From Desulfomonilia bacterium (GTDB taxonomy: Bacteria; Desulfobacterota; Desulfomonilia; UBA1062), in assembly GCA_050014195.1 (NCBI GenBank), contig JBEKDT010000014.1:1-64000 (forward strand): a DNA stretch of 64,000 bases, in the 5' to 3' direction. Made by a program: the position numbers and the translations under genes. Below, piece by piece: positions 28,381 to 39,121 of the stretch. Positions within the stretch are counted from its first letter, which is position 1, and every line of letters starts with the position of its first letter. The notes beneath the pieces are model-generated. The model searched no databases. It saw only the letters and a list, made by a program, of their open reading frames with translations, and had not been told where the DNA came from.

Positions 28381-31300
28381 GTGAGCAGACAGCGAGAAAA
28401 GAGAAGAAGCCCAAACAGGAGCGCCAAAGAGCTTCAAGATGAGCTCAAGTCTTTGCGCTCAGAGCTGAATACAATAAAAAAGACCCTCGCCAGTCATGAA
28501 AAGATAAACACGAATCTTCATGAAGTTCAGGAACTGTTCTCCACAGTAACCAGCAACATTCTTGACGGTCTGGTTGTGATGGATTGGGACGGTAATTTCC
28601 TGTTCATCAACAAGGCTGCCTACCGGATTATAGGTATCCGACCGCGTAAAACCCCCCAAGGACTCAGCATGGCACAATTCCTCCATCCGGATGACCTTGA
28701 GCGGGCAATGAAGAACAACATGCTCACCAAGGCCGGGAAAGGAGGTTTTATTGCCGATTACCGGATCATCACCCCAAAGGGGGAGCACAGGTGCATCGAG
28801 GCCACCGGAGGGCGCATCCCATTTAAAGGCAATGATGCGATCCTGGCCACATTCAGGGATATAACTGCTCATAAACGTTTCGATGAGCAGCTCAAGCTAT
28901 CTGAAAAGAAATTCTGCTCGGCCTTCCATGCAAGCCCGGATTCAATCGTGATCTCGCAACCAACAACAGGCAGGATCATTGATGCCAACAGGGCCTTTGA
29001 AGCATGGTCCGGCTTTGAGCGTAAGGATCTTGTCGGGAAGACAACCCTTGACCTGGGTATATGGCCTGATCTTCAGGATAGGGAGCATCTATTCAATAAT
29101 CTGTCTGACGGGAAGCCAGTCAGCAGATTTGCAACAAAGCTCAAAAAGAGAAATGGTGAGATCCGGGATGTGCTGATATCAGCCAATCTGATCGATATTG
29201 ATAATGAGGTCTATACCATTTCCATTGCACGGGATATTACCGACCTGAGGAAGGCCGAGCTGGCCCTCAAAGAGAGCGAGGAAAGGTTCCGCGCCCTGCA
29301 TGATGCGTCATTCGGCGGCATCGGTATTCATGACAAAGGGATTATCCTGGATTGCAACCAGGGGCTTGCCGACATGACCGGATTCTCAAGGGATGAGCTC
29401 ATCGGCATGAATGGCCTTGAGCTCATCGCACCCCGGTGGCGTGACCACGTGATGCAGAGGATATTGAGCGGGTATGAGCAGCCCTATGATGTGGAGGGTA
29501 TCCGGAAAGATAAAACAATCTATAACCTGGAAATACAGGGCAAGAATATCCACTACCATGGCAAATCGGTCAGGGTAACCGAGTTTAGAGACATCACTGC
29601 ACGAAAAAGGGTGGAAGATGCCTTCCGTGAGAGCGAGGAACGCTACAAGAAGATTGCAGGTGCCGTCACGGATTATATTTACACGGTCTATGTTCAAGAA
29701 GGCAGGGCGGTCCGCACCGAGCACAGCCCTGCATGTGAGTTTGTAACCGGGTACACGGTCGAAGAATTCAATGCCAACCCGTTTCTCTGGTTCAGCATGG
29801 TGGTGGATGAAGACCGACAGAGCGTTCGGGAGTATTTCAACAAGGTCCTCACCGGTGAGCATGAAGTGCCCATCGAGCACCGGATCTACCACAAGAACGG
29901 CTCAATTCGCTGGGTTGTCAACATGCCGGTGGTTCACCGTAACGAGGCAGGGGTCATTGTCTCTTATGACGGGGTATTGAGCGACATCACCGAGCGGAAA
30001 CGGTCCGAGGAGGCGTTGAAAGAGAGCGAGGAACGCTACCGGCTCATGGCCGAGCTGACCGGAAAGCTCGTGTATGACTATGATGTCCCTACAGGGCAGA
30101 TCACCTGGCACGGGGCCATCTCACAGTTCACCGGACTCATGCCCCAAGAGGTGGATGCCATCGATGTCAAGGCATTCAATGAGATGATCCACCCTGAGGA
30201 CCGTGCCGAGACCATCTCCATTCTCGAGGCTGCCCTGAATGAATGCGGGCCGTACAGTGCCGAGTACCGCCTGCGGAGAAAAGATGGTTCGTATATCTTT
30301 GTGGAGGACCATGGCGTTTTCCTCCCTGATGAAAAAGGCCGGGCAGTCCGCATGCTGGGTGGCCTGGGCGACATCTCGGTGCGCAAGCAGGCGGAAGAAG
30401 TCATACGGGAAGCAGAAAAGCGGTATCGCACCCTTTTTGAGAGTGCCAATGACGCGATCTTCATCATGAGCGGGGACAGGTTCATCGAGTGCAACCAGAT
30501 GACACTGAAGATGTTCGGGTGTGACACCAAAGATGACATCTTTGGTCGCAGGCCATGGGAATTCAGCCCATCCCGACAGCCTGACGGAAGAGATTCTCGA
30601 GAAAAGGCAAAGAAATACATAAATGCTGCATTTGAAGGAACACCTCAGCGCTTTTACTGGAAGCACATCCGGAAGGACGGTACACCTTTTGATGCCGAGG
30701 TCTCCCTGAACCGCATTGAGCTGGGAGATCAGTCATACATCCAAGCCATGGTAAGGGATATCACCGAACGTAAACGGGTGGAAGAGGCCTTGCGTGAAAG
30801 TGAGGAGCGCTTCCGTTCTCTGATCCAGAGCTCTTCCGACATTATCGTGATCCTGGATCAGAATGGATTGATTACCTATGAGTCCCCGTCCATGGAACAG
30901 ATCCTGAGATATCCGGCCGGGGAAATGATCGGCAAGAACCCCCTGGATTATATGCATCCCGGGGATATCGGAGGGGTGGTAAAGGCATTGTCCGAGGTCT
31001 TTGAAGACGTCAACCCCGGTATTCCTACGGAATTCCGCTTCAAAAGGGCTGATGGCACCTGGGTATACCTGGAGGCCATCGGAAACAATCTCATCGACTA
31101 CGCCGGCATCAACGGTGTTGTCATTACGGCACGCGACATCACGGAACGCAAAAAAGCAGAGGAGCTGAAGCTCGATATGGAGCGCCGGCTGCTCCATGCC
31201 CAGAAGCTCGAAAGCCTGGGCGTGATGGCAGGGGGAATCGCCCATGACTTCAACAACCTCCTTATGGCGATCCTGGGCAACCTCGATCTCGCCCGGCTTG

Positions 31301-32355
31301 ACCTTTCACCGGTTTCCCGTTCGAGGCCCTTCATCGACCAGGCACTAGTGGCTGCCCGGAGGGCGGCCGACCTTACGAACCAGATGCTTGCCTATTCGGG
31401 CAAAGGCAGGTTCGATCTCAAACCCTTTGACCTCTCCGAGCTTGTACAGGAGATGGCCCATCTGCTGAAGGCATCCATCTCCAAGACTGTGACCCTGAAC
31501 CTCCAGATGGACGGTGATCTCCCGTCCATTGTGGCCGACCCAAGCCAGATCCAGCAGATCATCATGAACCTCATTGTCAATGCATCGGAGGCCATAGGGG
31601 ATCACCCCGGGGTCGTCGCCATTTCCACCGGTTCATTGGACTGCGACCAGGGCTACCTGCAGAGGAGCCGCCTCAAGGAGAAGCCTGCACCCGGGGCTTA
31701 TGTATTCATCGAAGTCAGGGATACGGGCTGCGGTATGGACGAAGAGACGAAAGACCGTCTCTTTGACCCGTTCTTTACCACCAAGTTCACGGGGCGCGGT
31801 CTGGGCATGGCTGCAGTGCTCGGCATAGTGAGCGGACACAAAGGGGCCATTATGGTGGAATCCGAGCCGGGCAGAGGGGCTACCATCAGGGTAATGTTCC
31901 CGGCATCGGACTTGGGGGAACCCGTCAAGGGCAAGAAGCCCGGTGTATCCGCCATGGAAGGTGAAGGTGCGGCCATGGGGCCGATATCAGGCACCGTCCT
32001 GGTTGCAGATGATGAAGACATGGTGCGGGACCTCTGCAAGTCCATGATCGAGCGGCTCGGTTACAAGGTGATGACCGCATGTGATGGTGAGGAGGCAGTC
32101 AAGATCTTCCGGGAGAATGCCTCTGAGATAGTCTGTGTCATCCTGGACCTCACCATGCCCAGATTAGACGGCATGGCGGCCTTTGATGAGCTCCGGCATA
32201 TCAAGGCCGATGTCAAGGTGATCCTCTCCAGCGGTTATGATGAGCGGGAAGCCACCGAGCGTTTTACCGGCAAGGGGCTTGCCGGTTTCATCAAGAAGCC
32301 CTACCAGCTCTCAATCCTTCGTGCTGAGCTGGGCCGGGTTCTGAAGGATCTCTGA
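28381..32355 (+). CDS. Soluble hybrid histidine kinase, 7 PAS domains + HisKA + HATPase + receiver
   Basis: Seven E..[FY]...DI[TS] PAS units, AHDFNN, NA.EA, DTGCGM, FFTTK.TGRGLG, receiver DD...LDLTMP..KP. Confidence 0.92.
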   Translation: MSRQREKRRSPNRSAKELQDELKSLRSELNTIKKTLASHEKINTNLHEVQELFSTVTSNILDGLVVMDWDGNFLFINKAAYRIIGIRPRKTPQGLSMAQFLHPDDLERAMKNNMLTKAGKGGFIADYRIITPKGEHRCIEATGGRIPFKGNDAILATFRDITAHKRFDEQLKLSEKKFCSAFHASPDSIVISQPTTGRIIDANRAFEAWSGFERKDLVGKTTLDLGIWPDLQDREHLFNNLSDGKPVSRFATKLKKRNGEIRDVLISANLIDIDNEVYTISIARDITDLRKAELALKESEERFRALHDASFGGIGIHDKGIILDCNQGLADMTGFSRDELIGMNGLELIAPRWRDHVMQRILSGYEQPYDVEGIRKDKTIYNLEIQGKNIHYHGKSVRVTEFRDITARKRVEDAFRESEERYKKIAGAVTDYIYTVYVQEGRAVRTEHSPACEFVTGYTVEEFNANPFLWFSMVVDEDRQSVREYFNKVLTGEHEVPIEHRIYHKNGSIRWVVNMPVVHRNEAGVIVSYDGVLSDITERKRSEEALKESEERYRLMAELTGKLVYDYDVPTGQITWHGAISQFTGLMPQEVDAIDVKAFNEMIHPEDRAETISILEAALNECGPYSAEYRLRRKDGSYIFVEDHGVFLPDEKGRAVRMLGGLGDISVRKQAEEVIREAEKRYRTLFESANDAIFIMSGDRFIECNQMTLKMFGCDTKDDIFGRRPWEFSPSRQPDGRDSREKAKKYINAAFEGTPQRFYWKHIRKDGTPFDAEVSLNRIELGDQSYIQAMVRDITERKRVEEALRESEERFRSLIQSSSDIIVILDQNGLITYESPSMEQILRYPAGEMIGKNPLDYMHPGDIGGVVKALSEVFEDVNPGIPTEFRFKRADGTWVYLEAIGNNLIDYAGINGVVITARDITERKKAEELKLDMERRLLHAQKLESLGVMAGGIAHDFNNLLMAILGNLDLARLDLSPVSRSRPFIDQALVAARRAADLTNQMLAYSGKGRFDLKPFDLSELVQEMAHLLKASISKTVTLNLQMDGDLPSIVADPSQIQQIIMNLIVNASEAIGDHPGVVAISTGSLDCDQGYLQRSRLKEKPAPGAYVFIEVRDTGCGMDEETKDRLFDPFFTTKFTGRGLGMAAVLGIVSGHKGAIMVESEPGRGATIRVMFPASDLGEPVKGKKPGVSAMEGEGAAMGPISGTVLVADDEDMVRDLCKSMIERLGYKVMTACDGEEAVKIFRENASEIVCVILDLTMPRLDGMAAFDELRHIKADVKVILSSGYDEREATERFTGKGLAGFIKKPYQLSILRAELGRVLKDL

Positions 32356-32499
32356 TATCAGGGTCATTCATCTCACTATCGAGATGAGTAAAATTTTGTA
32401 ACTTTATTGACTGTGCGTGCCGGGCCCTTATTATGCTCTACAAGGAATAGTGCTGCTCCTTTACATCCAAGAAAGCACTCTCCACCAGGAGGGAGACCA

Positions 32500-32574
32500 A
32501 TGGATTTCGATCTCAGAGAGGTCAAGGTCGCAGGCCCCCAGCAATTGACATTGCAGATGAAAGCCCTCCAGTGA
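32500..32574 (+). CDS. Candidate 24-aa small protein MDFDLREVKVAGPQQLTLQMKALQ
   Basis: Strong RBS aggagggag 4 nt before ATG, with TTGACT-N16-TATTAT upstream (32407-32434); below the ORF-track cutoff. Confidence 0.35.
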   Translation: MDFDLREVKVAGPQQLTLQMKALQ

Positions 32575-32679
32575 CCAGTGATCCGTGATCAGTCAATAGA
32601 GAAAGAATATATTGGTGGGCGGAATGAGTGTAACCCGCATGCAGGGGCGGCTTGAAGCCACGATCCATTGGTGATCTTG

Positions 32680-33720
32680 ATGGGACATGATGATACAAAA
32701 CCACGTTATAGCCTGCATCGTGAAAAGGGGAAAATCGCCCTGGGTGGAGTTTTCACCGAGGCTGCTTCGGGTGAGCTCATTGATGCCTATCATGCAACAG
32801 ACACCAGCTCCGAGCCAGTTCTCGATTTTTCAGAGATCGAGCACATTGACATCTCAGGGATAAACGCACTCATCAAACTGATGCTGCGGGCCGGGGCTCA
32901 AGGCCGAAGACTTGCGGCAACGGGCCTGAGTCGGGAGCTCAGGGATATCTTTCAGGCCACCCGGATCGATGAGGTCTTTTGCTCCGAGCCCGACTCTGCA
33001 GGTCAGGTTGTGTCGTCATATGACCCTGGAAAGATGTCGGCATGGGCCAGGCCTATTGAAGGGATTATGCTGTCCGAGATCCCGGAAGGTGCCATCAATA
33101 TGAATGTCGACGGTCGCAAGGTGGTAGGCCCTCTCCAGGGGTTCGGCCGGCTTTGGGAGAAGATCTTCCGTGTCCGGCTTACCGGGGTGAATGCATCGCC
33201 CCAAGAAGTCATCAATGCCTTCAAGGAACACTTCCCGAGCTTTCAACCGCCTCAGAACCGATTTTTCCCGACCAAGGCCGGGATTGCACCCAGTGAGGTG
33301 GTGCTCATCAATGCCCATACCCCTGCCGGATTCATCTGTTCCGGTGTTTGGGTCGTATATGCCGATAAGGAGGCCTTCACTCTGATGACGCCCCAGGGTC
33401 ATCCCGAATCAGGCTGGGTGAGTTTCAGCGCCTTTGGAGAACACGGCTGCACGGTGGCCCGGATCGTGGCTTTTGCAAGGGCAAGCGACCCGCTCTATGA
33501 GATCGGATTCAATATCATGGGTTCACGCGAGCACGAGCGTATCTGGACCCATGTGCTCGAGTCCCTGGCCGGGCATTTCGGGGTGCCCGGTTGGGTGCGC
33601 ATGGATAAAAGCTGTGTCGGAGACCGTCTCCAATGGAACAGGGTGGGGAACATCTGGTACAATGCACAAATCAGGACCATGCTCTCTTCCCTGAAGAGAC
33701 ATTCCCATAAAGGGACTTAA
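32680..33720 (+). CDS. STAS domain fused to DUF1990/SRPBCC-like domain
   Basis: VLDFSEIEHIDISGINAL...L..IF..TRI STAS region, then F.L.T..GHPESG..SF typical of DUF1990-like proteins. Confidence 0.65.
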   Translation: MGHDDTKPRYSLHREKGKIALGGVFTEAASGELIDAYHATDTSSEPVLDFSEIEHIDISGINALIKLMLRAGAQGRRLAATGLSRELRDIFQATRIDEVFCSEPDSAGQVVSSYDPGKMSAWARPIEGIMLSEIPEGAINMNVDGRKVVGPLQGFGRLWEKIFRVRLTGVNASPQEVINAFKEHFPSFQPPQNRFFPTKAGIAPSEVVLINAHTPAGFICSGVWVVYADKEAFTLMTPQGHPESGWVSFSAFGEHGCTVARIVAFARASDPLYEIGFNIMGSREHERIWTHVLESLAGHFGVPGWVRMDKSCVGDRLQWNRVGNIWYNAQIRTMLSSLKRHSHKGT

Positions 33721-33726
33721 GGTTTA

Positions 33727-35166
33727 GTGAGGATGGCCCTTCAAGCTCGCTATGATTCAATTGTGGTTGGCTCCGGACCCAACGGCCTTGCTGCCGCCAT
33801 CACCCTTGCAGGACAAGGCAGGTCCGTACTTGTATACGAATCGAGGCAAAACCCTGGCGGTGCGGTGAGCTCGGCAGAGCTGACCTTGCCGGGTTTTATA
33901 CACGATGTCGGGGCAGCGGTCTTCCCCATGGTTCTTGATACCCCGTTCTTCCGGGGTCTTCCCTTAAAAAGGCATGGTCTTGAACTGATTTTTCCCCATG
34001 CATCCCTTGCCCACCCGTTTGATGATGGTACCGCAGCCCTTATCTACCGCGATGTTGACAAGACCATCGAGGGTCTCGGGGCAGACGGCAGGGGTTATGA
34101 GATCCTGGTTAAGCCGATCCTCCAGGGATGGAACGAGCTTTCCTCCGACCTGCTTTCTCCTCTGCACATCCCTTATCACCCATTGCACCTGGCAAACTTC
34201 GGCATCCGGGTAATTGCCCCAGTGACTGTCCTGGCAAGGTCGGTTTTTCGTACCCCGAACGCCCGGGCACTGCTCGCCGGTTTAGGTGCACATTCCATCC
34301 TTCCTCTTACACACCCCTTGAGTTCCTTGTTCGGCATCATTATGGCCGTCAGCTGTCACAATCCCGGCTGGCCCATTGTCAGGGGCGGTGCAGGAGCCCT
34401 CTCCCATGCATTGGTCTCACACCTTACCTCCCTCGGCGGGAAAATCTTGCTATCGCAAGAAGTCAGGGATCTCAATGATCTTGAGCCATCGCGGGCCCTA
34501 TTCTTCGATCTTGCGCCTGCAGGCGTGCTCAAGATCGCAGGGGATAAACTGCCAAGTTCATATCGTCACAGACTTGCGCGCCACCGCGCAGGCCCAGGTG
34601 TCTTTAAGGTGGATTGGGCCCTTGACGGCCCCATCCCCTGGAAGGCACCCGAGTGTCTGGAGGCCGCAACGGTCCATGTTGGCGGCAGCCTGGAGGATGT
34701 TGCACGTTCCGAACGTGATGTATGGAAAGGCTCCCATCCTGAAAGACCATTTGTCTTTCTTGTGCAGCCGAGCCTCTTCGACTCTTCCCGCAGCCCTTAT
34801 GGCAAACACACTGCATGGGCGTATTGCCATGTGCCGAATGGGTCGGACTTCGACATGACCGAGCGCATCGAGGCCCAGATCGAGAGGTTCGCCCCGGGTT
34901 TCCGGGATAGTATCATCTGCAGGAATATCATGCCTCCTTCGGCCATCGAGCGGTTTGATGCCAACTGTATCGGCGGCGATATTGCAGGTGGGGCCAACAC
35001 GATCCGAGGGTTGTTTGCCAGGCCCGTCTTGAGCCTCAATCCCTATGCCATGCCTGCAGACCATATGTATATATGCTCAGCCTCCACACCTCCCGGCGGC
35101 GGGGTCCACGGGCTATGCGGCTTTCATGCAGCGAACAGATACCTTGAGATCACCCCGTTCGACTGA
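33727..35166 (+). CDS. Phytoene-dehydrogenase-like FAD-dependent oxidoreductase (COG1233)
   Basis: VVGSGPNGLAAA, TLPGF.HD, IERFAPGF, ASTPPGGGVHG.CG. Confidence 0.88.
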   Translation: MRMALQARYDSIVVGSGPNGLAAAITLAGQGRSVLVYESRQNPGGAVSSAELTLPGFIHDVGAAVFPMVLDTPFFRGLPLKRHGLELIFPHASLAHPFDDGTAALIYRDVDKTIEGLGADGRGYEILVKPILQGWNELSSDLLSPLHIPYHPLHLANFGIRVIAPVTVLARSVFRTPNARALLAGLGAHSILPLTHPLSSLFGIIMAVSCHNPGWPIVRGGAGALSHALVSHLTSLGGKILLSQEVRDLNDLEPSRALFFDLAPAGVLKIAGDKLPSSYRHRLARHRAGPGVFKVDWALDGPIPWKAPECLEAATVHVGGSLEDVARSERDVWKGSHPERPFVFLVQPSLFDSSRSPYGKHTAWAYCHVPNGSDFDMTERIEAQIERFAPGFRDSIICRNIMPPSAIERFDANCIGGDIAGGANTIRGLFARPVLSLNPYAMPADHMYICSASTPPGGGVHGLCGFHAANRYLEITPFD

Positions 35167-35201
35167 GAGGCAATAAGAATCCCGGCCATCATAACGGGCA
35201 G

Positions 35202-36167
35202 CTACCCCGCAAAATGGTCGTATCCCTTTTTCATTTCCAGAGCGCGGCCTTCCTTAAGGATGTAGATCCCGTCTTCTTTCGGCAGGACCTCACCCACAAC
35301 TGTGAAGTCAAGAAACTCTTTTTTCAGGGCAGGGATATTTTTTTGCGGGATGGTGAACACCAGTTCAAAGTCCTCGCCGCCGTAAAGGGCGTATTGCTGC
35401 GGTTCATCGGAAAGGGTCCGTGCCGCCTCGATGGTTTCCTTTGAAAGCGGGATCTTTTCCCAGTCTATGCGTGCACCGGTGCCGCTCTCCTCGCATATGT
35501 GCCCCACTTCGCTCCCCAGCCCGTCGCTCACATCGATCATGGCGTGGGCATGCCGGGCTATGGCCTTGCCTTCGCTTTCCAGTCGGCATAGAGGCTCCAG
35601 GTGGCCTTTCAGGTAGCCTTCTTTTATTCCTTTCCTGAGAAGCCTTAAACCCGCCTCGCTCTTGCCCAGGGTGCCGGTGACACAGACGAAGTCCCCCGGT
35701 ATTGCATGGGAGCGCAGGCGTACCAGGTTTCTGTCCACGTCACCGACAAGGGCCAGGTTGAGCACCAGATCGCGGCCGTGGGTGGTGTCGCCTCCGATGA
35801 GCTCGACACGGTGCTTGGCAGCGGAATCATACAGGCCGCGATAGAAATCATCCATGAACTCCACCTTAGTGTCTGCTCTCAGTGCCAGTGAGATAAAGGC
35901 CCAGCGCGGGGTGCCCCCCATGGAAATGATATCGGACACATTCGATTCCATGAGCTTCTTTCCCACCTGGTAGGGCGTGTGCCAGGCAAGGGAAAAATGG
36001 TCATTCTCTACCATCATGTCTACGGTTATGAGCAGATATCTATCAGAAGTATATTCCAGCACCGCGCAGTCGTCACCGATCCCCTTGATGACGGCAGGGT
36101 CATTATACTGCACACCGGTGAGGCGCCTGATCAAGGCAAATTCACCGCCGATATCCGATATCTTCAT
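35202..36167 (-). CDS. thiL: Thiamine-monophosphate kinase
   Basis: GEF.LI, GIGDDCA, NVSDI.SMGG, GGDT, IDVSDGL, GGEDFEL; ATGA overlap with thiC. Confidence 0.95.
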   Translation of the reverse strand: MKISDIGGEFALIRRLTGVQYNDPAVIKGIGDDCAVLEYTSDRYLLITVDMMVENDHFSLAWHTPYQVGKKLMESNVSDIISMGGTPRWAFISLALRADTKVEFMDDFYRGLYDSAAKHRVELIGGDTTHGRDLVLNLALVGDVDRNLVRLRSHAIPGDFVCVTGTLGKSEAGLRLLRKGIKEGYLKGHLEPLCRLESEGKAIARHAHAMIDVSDGLGSEVGHICEESGTGARIDWEKIPLSKETIEAARTLSDEPQQYALYGGEDFELVFTIPQKNIPALKKEFLDFTVVGEVLPKEDGIYILKEGRALEMKKGYDHFAG

Positions 36168-37435
36168 ATGTGGTATTGCCCCCTGCATTCCTTGTTGATC
36201 TTTGCCGAGCAGAAATCACCGCACATGGTACAGACTTCCGCTCCGTCCTTTCCTGTTTCCTTCCGTATGGCGCGTGCCTTTTCCGGGTTGAGCGCAATGT
36301 TGTACATACCCTCCCAGTCCAGATTGCTTCGTGCCCTGGACATGGCGTCGTCGCGGTCGCGGGCCCCCGGTATGCCCCGGGCGATGTCCGCCGCGTGCGC
36401 AGCGATCTTGGATGCAATCACCCCGTCGATGACGTCCTTTATATCCGGAAGGCCCAGGTGTTCTTTCGGCGTAAGGTAGCAGAGGAAATCCGCCCCGTAA
36501 TAGGCAGCCAGGGCGCCTCCGATGGCGCCGGTGAGGTGGTCGTAACCGGGCGAGCAGTCGGTAACCAGCGGGCCTAAGACATAAAACGGTGCGCCGTTGC
36601 AGTATTTCTTCTGTAGATCGATGTTCTCTTTTATCATGTGCAGGGGTACGTGCCCCGGGCCTTCGATCATCACCTGCACGTCTTTCGCCTGGGCACGTGC
36701 CGCAAGCTCACCCAGGGTCTTGAGCTCTGCTATCTGGGCCGGGTCCGTGGCGTCGGCGAGGCAGCCCGGCCGCAGGCCGTCGCCCAGGCTCAGGACCACA
36801 TCGTATTTTTTCGCCATGTCAAGGATCTCATCATAGCGCGTAAAGAGCGGGTTTTCCTGCCCGTGATGGAGCATCCATTTGATGAGAAAACTCCCGCCAC
36901 GCGACACCACGCCCATGATACGCGACCCCAGAAGGGGGATGCATTTACGTGTGACGCCGCAGTGCACGGTGATGAAGTCCACACCGTCTTCGATGTGCTT
37001 TCGTATGGAATCGAGAAAGTCATCCTCCGTGAGGCCTGCCACGTCCGGGCAGCGCACAATGGCCTCGTATACGGGTACCGTACCCACGGGCACCTTTGAT
37101 GTGCTCAGAATCGTCTTTCGCATGGAGCGGATGTCTCCTCCGGTGGAGAGGTCCATCACCGTATCCGCCCCATACCTGATTGAAGCGGCGAGCTTCTCTA
37201 TCTCCTGCACCGGATCGGCGTTGAAGTTGGATGTCCCGATATTGGCATTTATCTTTATCTTCAGGCCTTTGCCGATCCCTACAGGAACGCAGTCGTGGAG
37301 CGAGCTCTTGAGGATCACGGTATTGCCGGCAGCGACATTGTTCCGAATTTCATCGGCGCTTAAGGGCTCTTGCTCCGCTACCTTTTGCATCTCAACAGAG
37401 ATGCGCTTGTTTTTTGCATATTCAAGCTGTGTCAT
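36164..37435 (-). CDS. thiC: Phosphomethylpyrimidine synthase
   Basis: KINANIGTS, MDLSTG, SRGGS, LGDGLRPG, EGPGH, CTMCGDFC; located in the thi operon. Confidence 0.93.
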   Translation of the reverse strand: MTQLEYAKNKRISVEMQKVAEQEPLSADEIRNNVAAGNTVILKSSLHDCVPVGIGKGLKIKINANIGTSNFNADPVQEIEKLAASIRYGADTVMDLSTGGDIRSMRKTILSTSKVPVGTVPVYEAIVRCPDVAGLTEDDFLDSIRKHIEDGVDFITVHCGVTRKCIPLLGSRIMGVVSRGGSFLIKWMLHHGQENPLFTRYDEILDMAKKYDVVLSLGDGLRPGCLADATDPAQIAELKTLGELAARAQAKDVQVMIEGPGHVPLHMIKENIDLQKKYCNGAPFYVLGPLVTDCSPGYDHLTGAIGGALAAYYGADFLCYLTPKEHLGLPDIKDVIDGVIASKIAAHAADIARGIPGARDRDDAMSRARSNLDWEGMYNIALNPEKARAIRKETGKDGAEVCTMCGDFCSAKINKECRGQYHI

Positions 37436-38043
37436 AATCCGAACTCCTTTTGAAACTTTCGTATTTGGGCTGCAACATCAGGTTTTGTCACCACGGCCGA
37501 TATGGCGCAGACCATATCCGCCCCCGCCTCAATAACCATACCCGCATTAGCCAGGTCGATGCCGCCTATGGCCGCGATTGGTAAGTGGCTGGCCTTCCGG
37601 ATCGCTCTCAATCCTTCTACACCACACGGAGTGCCTGCGTCCAGCTTGGTGGCTGTAGCAAAGATGGGGCTCACACCCAGATAGTCGGCGCCCAAGTCTT
37701 GAGCAATAAGGGCTTCTTCGAGCGTGTGCACGGTCACCCCGATGATCTTATCGTTGCCCAGCAGTCTGCGGGCCTCTTGATAGGGCATGTCCTCCTGCCC
37801 GATATGGACACCGTCGGCATCCACTGCCAGTGCGATATCGATCCGGTCATTTATGATAAGCTTGGCGCCGCTGACTGAACACAGATTCCTTATGGAGACA
37901 GCCTCGTTATACAGTATGCGTGTCTGAGCACCCTTGTTGCGGTACTGAATGATCTTCACCCCTGCCGCAACGGCATTCTCCACGTCACTTGCCATGCCGG
38001 CTGCGCTGTATGTTGAATCGGTGATGAAGTAGTATCCCCTCAT
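37432..38043 (-). CDS. thiE: Thiamine-phosphate synthase
   Basis: QYRNK, INDR.D.A, GVHIGQED, PIF.T.TK, AIGGI. Confidence 0.95.
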   Translation of the reverse strand: MRGYYFITDSTYSAAGMASDVENAVAAGVKIIQYRNKGAQTRILYNEAVSIRNLCSVSGAKLIINDRIDIALAVDADGVHIGQEDMPYQEARRLLGNDKIIGVTVHTLEEALIAQDLGADYLGVSPIFATATKLDAGTPCGVEGLRAIRKASHLPIAAIGGIDLANAGMVIEAGADMVCAISAVVTKPDVAAQIRKFQKEFGL

Positions 38044-38831
38044 TGCCCCACCTTCTGCAAGGAAACTATTTCATCCTTTGTCAGGGAGAAGATGCGATCA
38101 AAGAGGTTTTCTTTGAAGGATGCCGGGCCTTTGGCGGTTTTCACGGCCAGTTCTGCCGCGATCTCGTAGCAGCAGAGACCCGCAGCAGCGGCCGCGGTTA
38201 TATCATGCGGCGACGCCCCTGCAAAGGTGCCGATGACGGATGCGGCCATGCATCCCGTGCCCACCACGTGAGACATCATCTCATGGCCGTTGCGGATGAT
38301 ATAGGTCTCTTTTTTATCCGCCACGATATCTTCCTTGCCGGTGATTACCACGGTGCAATCCCTTTTCCCGGCAAGGTCTAGGGCTATATCGCAAAGGTCA
38401 AACCCGACATGCTCTGCATCAACACCCCGGGTGCGCACGTCCAACCCTAAGATGCGTGCGATCTCCGAGCTGTTTCCCTTGATGATGCCGATTCGTGCAC
38501 TATCAAGGAGCTCGGAGCTTTTCATATCCCTGAAGGGTGTGGCCCCTGCGCCGCATACATCCAGCACTATTGGGATGCCCCTGCTGTTGGCCGCACGGGC
38601 TGCGATCTTCATGCTTTCAATGATATCGACGGTGAGCGTGCCGATGTTCAACACCAAAGCCGAGGCCAGGCCCGACATCTCCGCCGCTTCTTCCGGGGCG
38701 TGTGCCATGACGGGTGATGCGCCGAAGGATTTGACCACCTGGGCGCAGTCATAAATGGTAACCCAGTTCGTGAGATGGTGCACAACAGGGGCCTTCTTGC
38801 GAACGGCTTCAAGAAACGAATACGCATCCAT
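38040..38831 (-). CDS. thiM: Hydroxyethylthiazole kinase
   Basis: HHLTN.VT, GASPVMAH, LNIGTL, IKGN.SEI, VGTGC. Confidence 0.95.
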   Translation of the reverse strand: MDAYSFLEAVRKKAPVVHHLTNWVTIYDCAQVVKSFGASPVMAHAPEEAAEMSGLASALVLNIGTLTVDIIESMKIAARAANSRGIPIVLDVCGAGATPFRDMKSSELLDSARIGIIKGNSSEIARILGLDVRTRGVDAEHVGFDLCDIALDLAGKRDCTVVITGKEDIVADKKETYIIRNGHEMMSHVVGTGCMAASVIGTFAGASPHDITAAAAAGLCCYEIAAELAVKTAKGPASFKENLFDRIFSLTKDEIVSLQKVGQ

Positions 38832-38889
38832 ACCCGTATACTCCTTTATTCTTTTATGAGGGATGGAATGGAGGGAGAAAGGATCATGC

Positions 38890-38976
38890 TCTTTGGATCC
38901 CTACGCCGGCATTACCCGGATCAGGTTCAATGGGTATAATCTCAGGCCCCGTACCGGAACCACCCCTTGTTCATAC
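38890..38976 (-). ncRNA. TPP riboswitch
   Basis: Minus strand AGGGGTG...CTGAGATTATACCCATTGAACCTGATCCGGGTAATGCCGGCGTAGGGA directly upstream of thiM. Confidence 0.95.
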
Positions 38977-39121
38977 CAGTTTAGCGCTGAATGGGGATAT
39001 CGTCAAGCCTTCCTGCAAGAATCATTACTTTGAAGGATTTACCGGGTTGAAACCCAGGGGGAAATATTCGAAACACGGCTTTCATTGACGCGAGATCCCT
39101 GAGTTGGTAAGTCAGATCACT

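Noticed and set aside
32572-32652. Possible selenocysteine read-through of the small ORF's TGA
   Set aside because: No convincing SECIS hairpin after the TGA and no redox-motif context.
36164-37435. BzaA/B/F (benzimidazole synthesis) instead of ThiC
   Set aside because: It is embedded in thiM-thiE-thiL under a TPP riboswitch, with no cobalamin context.
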